32,000 bases of DNA, taken from NCBI RefSeq assembly GCF_000341395.1, contig NC_020304.1:3750001-3782000 (forward strand). Reading direction: 5' to 3'. Positions 28,249 to 32,000 of this stretch are shown here, one piece after another (the first letter of the stretch is position 1; each line of letters begins with the position of its first letter). Under the pieces are notes generated by a model. That model did no database searches and was not told where the DNA came from. It saw only the letters and a list, made by a program, of their open reading frames with translations. A program made the translations under genes and the position numbers. The stretch is from Desulfocapsa sulfexigens DSM 10523. GTDB taxonomy: Bacteria; Desulfobacterota; Desulfobulbia; Desulfobulbales; Desulfocapsaceae.

Positions 28249-31092
28249 TTATTGTTCAATCTCACTCATCCACTGCTCAACCTGCTTTTGGTCAGCAGTG
28301 GACAGCTTCATGGATTTAGCAGTATCAAAGGCCTTCTTAGCCGCCTCAGGTTCTTCTTTCTTCAAATACACTGCGCCGAGATGCATATGAGCCGGGCCAT
28401 ACTGGCCATCTTTCTCAACTGCTTGCTCAACATACTTTTTGGCCATAAGAAGCGAGCCCTGCTGGTAATACACCCAGCCTAACGCATCTGCAACGTGTGG
28501 ATTTCCCGGTTGAGCATCATAGGCCTGCTGCGCAAGTTCGAGAGCTTTGGTGATATTCCTGTTTTGGTCAGCATAGAGAATTGCAAGGTGAGCGGCAGCG
28601 TCACTGTTAAATCCTTCCGAATCAAGAATCTCTTCAAAAAGAAGTATTGCCTGGGCAACATTACCACTTTCTTTCTCAGCCATTGCCTTTTCGAATTTTA
28701 TTTTCGACTCACCTAATTTCCCAAGGGCTTCCTTCGCTACTTCAAGCTCTGCCCCCTGAATACCTTTTTGAATGGCATCCGCTAACAGTTCTTCAGCCTC
28801 CTGAATGTTTCCCTGACCAAATTGAAGCATTCCCATATGGAACATAATCGTTGGATTGTCAGGTTTTGCATCCATTGCCGTTTGTAGATAGGGTTCTGCC
28901 TGGGAATATGCCTGTTTTTTTACATAAATCCAGCCAAGGGTATCCGCGACATCGGGGTTTTCCGGGAGTTCTTTGGATACTGCACTGGCAAGTTCAAGGG
29001 CACGATCAAGTTTGCCGCCTTCTGCGGTATACAAAAAGGCAAGATTGTTCATGGCAGGTAAAAAATCAGCCTTCTGCTCCAACACCTTTTCATAACTGGC
29101 TATGGCCTCTGACTGATTTCCACTTTTCAAATAGTAATCCGCAAGTTTCATCATGATCCCAATATCATCTGGAACACGTTCAAGAGCTTTTTTATAGTAA
29201 TGGACTGCTTTCTTACCATCTTTTTTTGCAAGATATAATTCGGCAAGCATTACAATGGGGGCAACCTCTTTTCCATTATCTGCCACCGGTGAGAGAACAT
29301 TCTCAGCCAGATCAAGATAGCCCTGAGAAATATAAATCTTCGCTTTTATTATAGTAGCCGGACTGTTCTCAGGAAACTTTGCTAAAAAGGCATCAGCAAT
29401 CTGCATTGCCTTTTCATATTTCTTTTGCAGCACATTAATGCCGACAATTCTATTTAAAACCTGGACACTCTCTGGCTTTTCTTCCTCAAGTGCTTCATAG
29501 ATAGGCAGGGCCTTATCATACTCCTGGGTAAAGAAATAAATTTCAGCCAAACGAAATTTATGCCAGATTATTTCCGGCTCCTTCTCAACAAGTAATTGTG
29601 CATCAGCAAGAGCTTCCTCCGGTTTCCCCATTTTCAGAAGCAGTGAAATACGCATTGCTCTGGCCTTATTATCCCCAACCTGCTGTGCTATCACCTTGTC
29701 AATTTCATCAAGGCTTGCCTGAAAATCGCCCTTCTTAGCGTACAATTCCGCAAGTGCCATTCGTGCCTTCACGAGATTAGGATCTTTCTTCAGTGCCTCA
29801 CTGATCTCAGTAATCGAGATATCCTGGGACTCTTCCATAAAAGTCAATCCGTACAAAAACTGGTTCTCTGCCGCATCCGGGGCAAGCTCCTTTGCCTTGG
29901 AAAATTGTTCACGGGCTTCAACAATATCTTTTTCCTGCATCATCATAAGGCCCTTCAGGAAATGACCACGGGCATCACCACTGTTTTCTTTCAAAAGCGC
30001 ATCAACTGAACTTCTTGCCTGATCAAATTCACCCTGTGCCAGAAACAGCTCAACGACTTTTGATTTGAGACCCTTTTTACTTCCATCTTCTGCAATAATG
30101 ATCTCCAGAATTTCCTGTGCTTCCTTATATTTTTTTAGAAATGAATAGTAATCAACCAGGATCATTTGATTAATCTGACGTGTCACCTCGGTTGCAGACT
30201 CGACGGCTTTCTGAAAATATTTCAACGCAGTCTCACTATCACCCTGACGATGAAGAATCATAGCATGTAATCTAAAGAGTCCGGAATCATTGACACCAGC
30301 ATTTTCTGCTTCGAGAAGAATATCCTTCGCAGGATCAGGCTGATTCTTCTGCAATGATAATTGTGCAAGCAACGAGTAGGGCTTTGGATTCTCAGGATTT
30401 TTTTCCTTAAGAGCTTCAAGGCTTAAAAGCGCCAGATCATAGCGCTCAAGCTTTATATACATTTGAGCCAGGGAAATCTGCAATTCAAGATCATCTGGAT
30501 TTTCATTGGCCAGAGATTCAAGCATAGAACGGCCTTCTTCAATATCACCCTTGGTGACAAGAATTTTGGCTAAATTGACACGGGCGGGAAGACTTTCAGG
30601 GTATTTCTCGCCTGCTACTCTCAGAATTGCCACGGCCTCATCAAGCTTCTTTAAATAGGCCAACGAGTTACCAAGGATCAGGTACACATCCTCATCATCA
30701 CCATTCAGTTCAATGTATTGCTCACAATTTTTCACCACCTGCTCAAGGGCACGATTCTCCACAAGAAGGAATATCAATTCCTTGCGTGCCTCTGCCATAT
30801 TTGAATCCTGCTGAAGAGCAAGGCTTAACTGGCCAAAGGCGAGTTTTGCATCTCCTTTTTTGTGGTATATTTGACCAAGCTTGTAGTGAGCCAAAGCCAT
30901 TTCCGGTTCTTTCTGCAATGCCTTTTTAAACCAGATGATAGCCTCATCAGCTTTTTCAGCATCCATGGCTGCAACTCCCTGCTGATACAGTTCATTGGCA
31001 TTCTCGCCGGAGCAGCCACCCAGTATCAATAGCAAACCGAAAAGTGCCAGCAAACGAAGAAACGATTGTCTTGTATAAAGCATGAGATCCAC
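28249..31092 (-). CDS. prsT: PrsT-like TPR-repeat lipoprotein (PEP-CTERM/exosortase system associated)
   Basis: Lipobox LLALFGLLLILGGC followed by about 900 aa of tandem TPR repeats; size and context match the exosortase-system TPR lipoprotein. Confidence 0.85.
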   Translation of the reverse strand: MDLMLYTRQSFLRLLALFGLLLILGGCSGENANELYQQGVAAMDAEKADEAIIWFKKALQKEPEMALAHYKLGQIYHKKGDAKLAFGQLSLALQQDSNMAEARKELIFLLVENRALEQVVKNCEQYIELNGDDEDVYLILGNSLAYLKKLDEAVAILRVAGEKYPESLPARVNLAKILVTKGDIEEGRSMLESLANENPDDLELQISLAQMYIKLERYDLALLSLEALKEKNPENPKPYSLLAQLSLQKNQPDPAKDILLEAENAGVNDSGLFRLHAMILHRQGDSETALKYFQKAVESATEVTRQINQMILVDYYSFLKKYKEAQEILEIIIAEDGSKKGLKSKVVELFLAQGEFDQARSSVDALLKENSGDARGHFLKGLMMMQEKDIVEAREQFSKAKELAPDAAENQFLYGLTFMEESQDISITEISEALKKDPNLVKARMALAELYAKKGDFQASLDEIDKVIAQQVGDNKARAMRISLLLKMGKPEEALADAQLLVEKEPEIIWHKFRLAEIYFFTQEYDKALPIYEALEEEKPESVQVLNRIVGINVLQKKYEKAMQIADAFLAKFPENSPATIIKAKIYISQGYLDLAENVLSPVADNGKEVAPIVMLAELYLAKKDGKKAVHYYKKALERVPDDIGIMMKLADYYLKSGNQSEAIASYEKVLEQKADFLPAMNNLAFLYTAEGGKLDRALELASAVSKELPENPDVADTLGWIYVKKQAYSQAEPYLQTAMDAKPDNPTIMFHMGMLQFGQGNIQEAEELLADAIQKGIQGAELEVAKEALGKLGESKIKFEKAMAEKESGNVAQAILLFEEILDSEGFNSDAAAHLAILYADQNRNITKALELAQQAYDAQPGNPHVADALGWVYYQQGSLLMAKKYVEQAVEKDGQYGPAHMHLGAVYLKKEEPEAAKKAFDTAKSMKLSTADQKQVEQWMSEIEQ

Positions 31093-31257
31093 CTGGTCCT
31101 GTATTGTCCTGAAAAAAAGCTACAGAATTCGTAACATAATATTTTTATTGATTATAATGAACTATCAGAAATGGTCTCAAAAGGCAAACACTAACTCTTT
31201 GTTTGCAGTTGAAACTCCATGCCATGTATGACGATAAAGCTTGGGGAGATTTTATAA

Positions 31258-31479
31258 TTATTTATCTCCTGTTGTTTTTTCTTTTTCCAGGGTCTTCTTG
31301 ATCCATCCCAACCGAATATGGTACTGATGACCACCATCAATCCACTTCTCACAGGTTTCTTCCGTGGTCTTCACAGGATACGGATTTACAGTCTTATCCA
31401 CTCGACACACACCGGAATAGGGATCCTCGAGCCTGAATTTACGACAACTGAGGCATATTCGTTTTTGTATATATATCAT
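31258..31479 (-). CDS. Small Cys-containing conserved-looking hypothetical protein
   Basis: 73 aa: RICLSCRKFRLEDPYSGVCRV...EETCEKW; four Cys with an initial CxxC, putative metal-binding knuckle. Confidence 0.6.
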   Translation of the reverse strand: MIYIQKRICLSCRKFRLEDPYSGVCRVDKTVNPYPVKTTEETCEKWIDGGHQYHIRLGWIKKTLEKEKTTGDK

Positions 31480-31542
31480 TTTTTACTCCAGTAGAATCCT
31501 GTCTATTTGAGCAGGTTTGGCACAACCTAGAAAGTGTATGTG

Positions 31543-32000
31543 TTACAAGGAAAACCATCGAAGACAATCCATATAGGGGCCGGAATCCCGATAACTCTCT
31601 AGGGAGTTCATATCAACAACGGTTGGAGAAAAACCATATTTGCGAAGAGAACTGACGAAAACATTTCTTGAATCAAGGCAAATAGTATCATCACAGGATG
31701 CATAGCAATTATAGATAATCCCTTTCACTTCTATCCCTCTTCTCTTTGCCAGTTCCAGAGCTGAAAGGGTGTGATTTATAGACCCCAGCCTTGGACTTGA
31801 CACTAAAATCATTGGATAATGCTGTTCTTGAAGGTAATCGAGGAATGTCATATCTCTGGTAAGTGGAACCATCAGTCCTCCCGCCCCCTCAAGCAGTACA
31901 TGCTCATAACTTGCAGCTAAAGTCTTTGTCGCAACCGTGATTTTTTCCAGATCAATCTGGGTGTCTTCCAGCTCAGCAGCAAGATGTGGAGAACAGGGTT
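31543..32000 (-). CDS. bioD: Dethiobiotin synthetase, 5' truncated by window edge
   Basis: Frame stays open upstream of the listed ORF to the window edge: PCSPHLAAELEDTQIDLEKITVATKTLAASYEHVLLEGAGGLMVPL..., with SPHLAAEL and EGAGGLMVPL BioD motifs. Confidence 0.9.
   Translation of the reverse strand, partial: PCSPHLAAELEDTQIDLEKITVATKTLAASYEHVLLEGAGGLMVPLTRDMTFLDYLQEQHYPMILVSSPRLGSINHTLSALELAKRRGIEVKGIIYNCYASCDDTICLDSRNVFVSSLRKYGFSPTVVDMNSLESYRDSGPYMDCLRWFSL

Noticed and set aside
28249-31092. Possible DNA repeat array or CRISPR-like periodicity
   Set aside because: The periodicity is explained by about 34-residue TPR protein repeats; no identical direct repeats with unique spacers were seen.

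Overview
This 32 kb window looks like an exosortase-associated exopolysaccharide (EPS/capsule) locus from a Gram-negative, probably deltaproteobacterial (Desulfobulbaceae-like) genome. The taxonomic guess is inference only. The left flank carries the C-terminal part of SbcC, two small membrane proteins and an orphan ParA-like ATPase. Then come a CpsD/BY-kinase-like protein with a degenerate P-loop, a Wzz-like chain-length protein and an outer-membrane beta-barrel. An apparently intact hipBA toxin-antitoxin pair sits at the strand switch. A long, mostly minus-strand block follows: PssE/PssD-like and GT2 glycosyltransferases, a Wzy-like polymerase/ligase, a Wzx-like flippase, a pyruvyltransferase, EpsI, exosortase, a WcaJ/EpsB-type initiating transferase, Ugd, a beta-CASP metallo-beta-lactamase and GalE. 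This block is interrupted by a plus-strand SGNH hydrolase / LbH acyltransferase / beta-helix trio. The right flank has an SLBB export protein, a PrsT-like TPR lipoprotein, a small Cys-containing protein and a partial bioD. No CRISPR array, tRNA/rRNA or transposase was recognised. The observations most worth a second look are: (1) an unlisted remnant of an MNT-HEPN (MntA/HepT) module between ugd and the initiating transferase; (2) a CpsD-like protein lacking the Walker A lysine, with a duplicated N-terminal motif; (3) a predicted leaderless hipBA promoter inside a perfect inverted repeat; (4) the inverted modification/beta-helix cassette; (5) a beta-CASP nuclease between ugd and galE. No confidently novel multi-gene defence system was identified.
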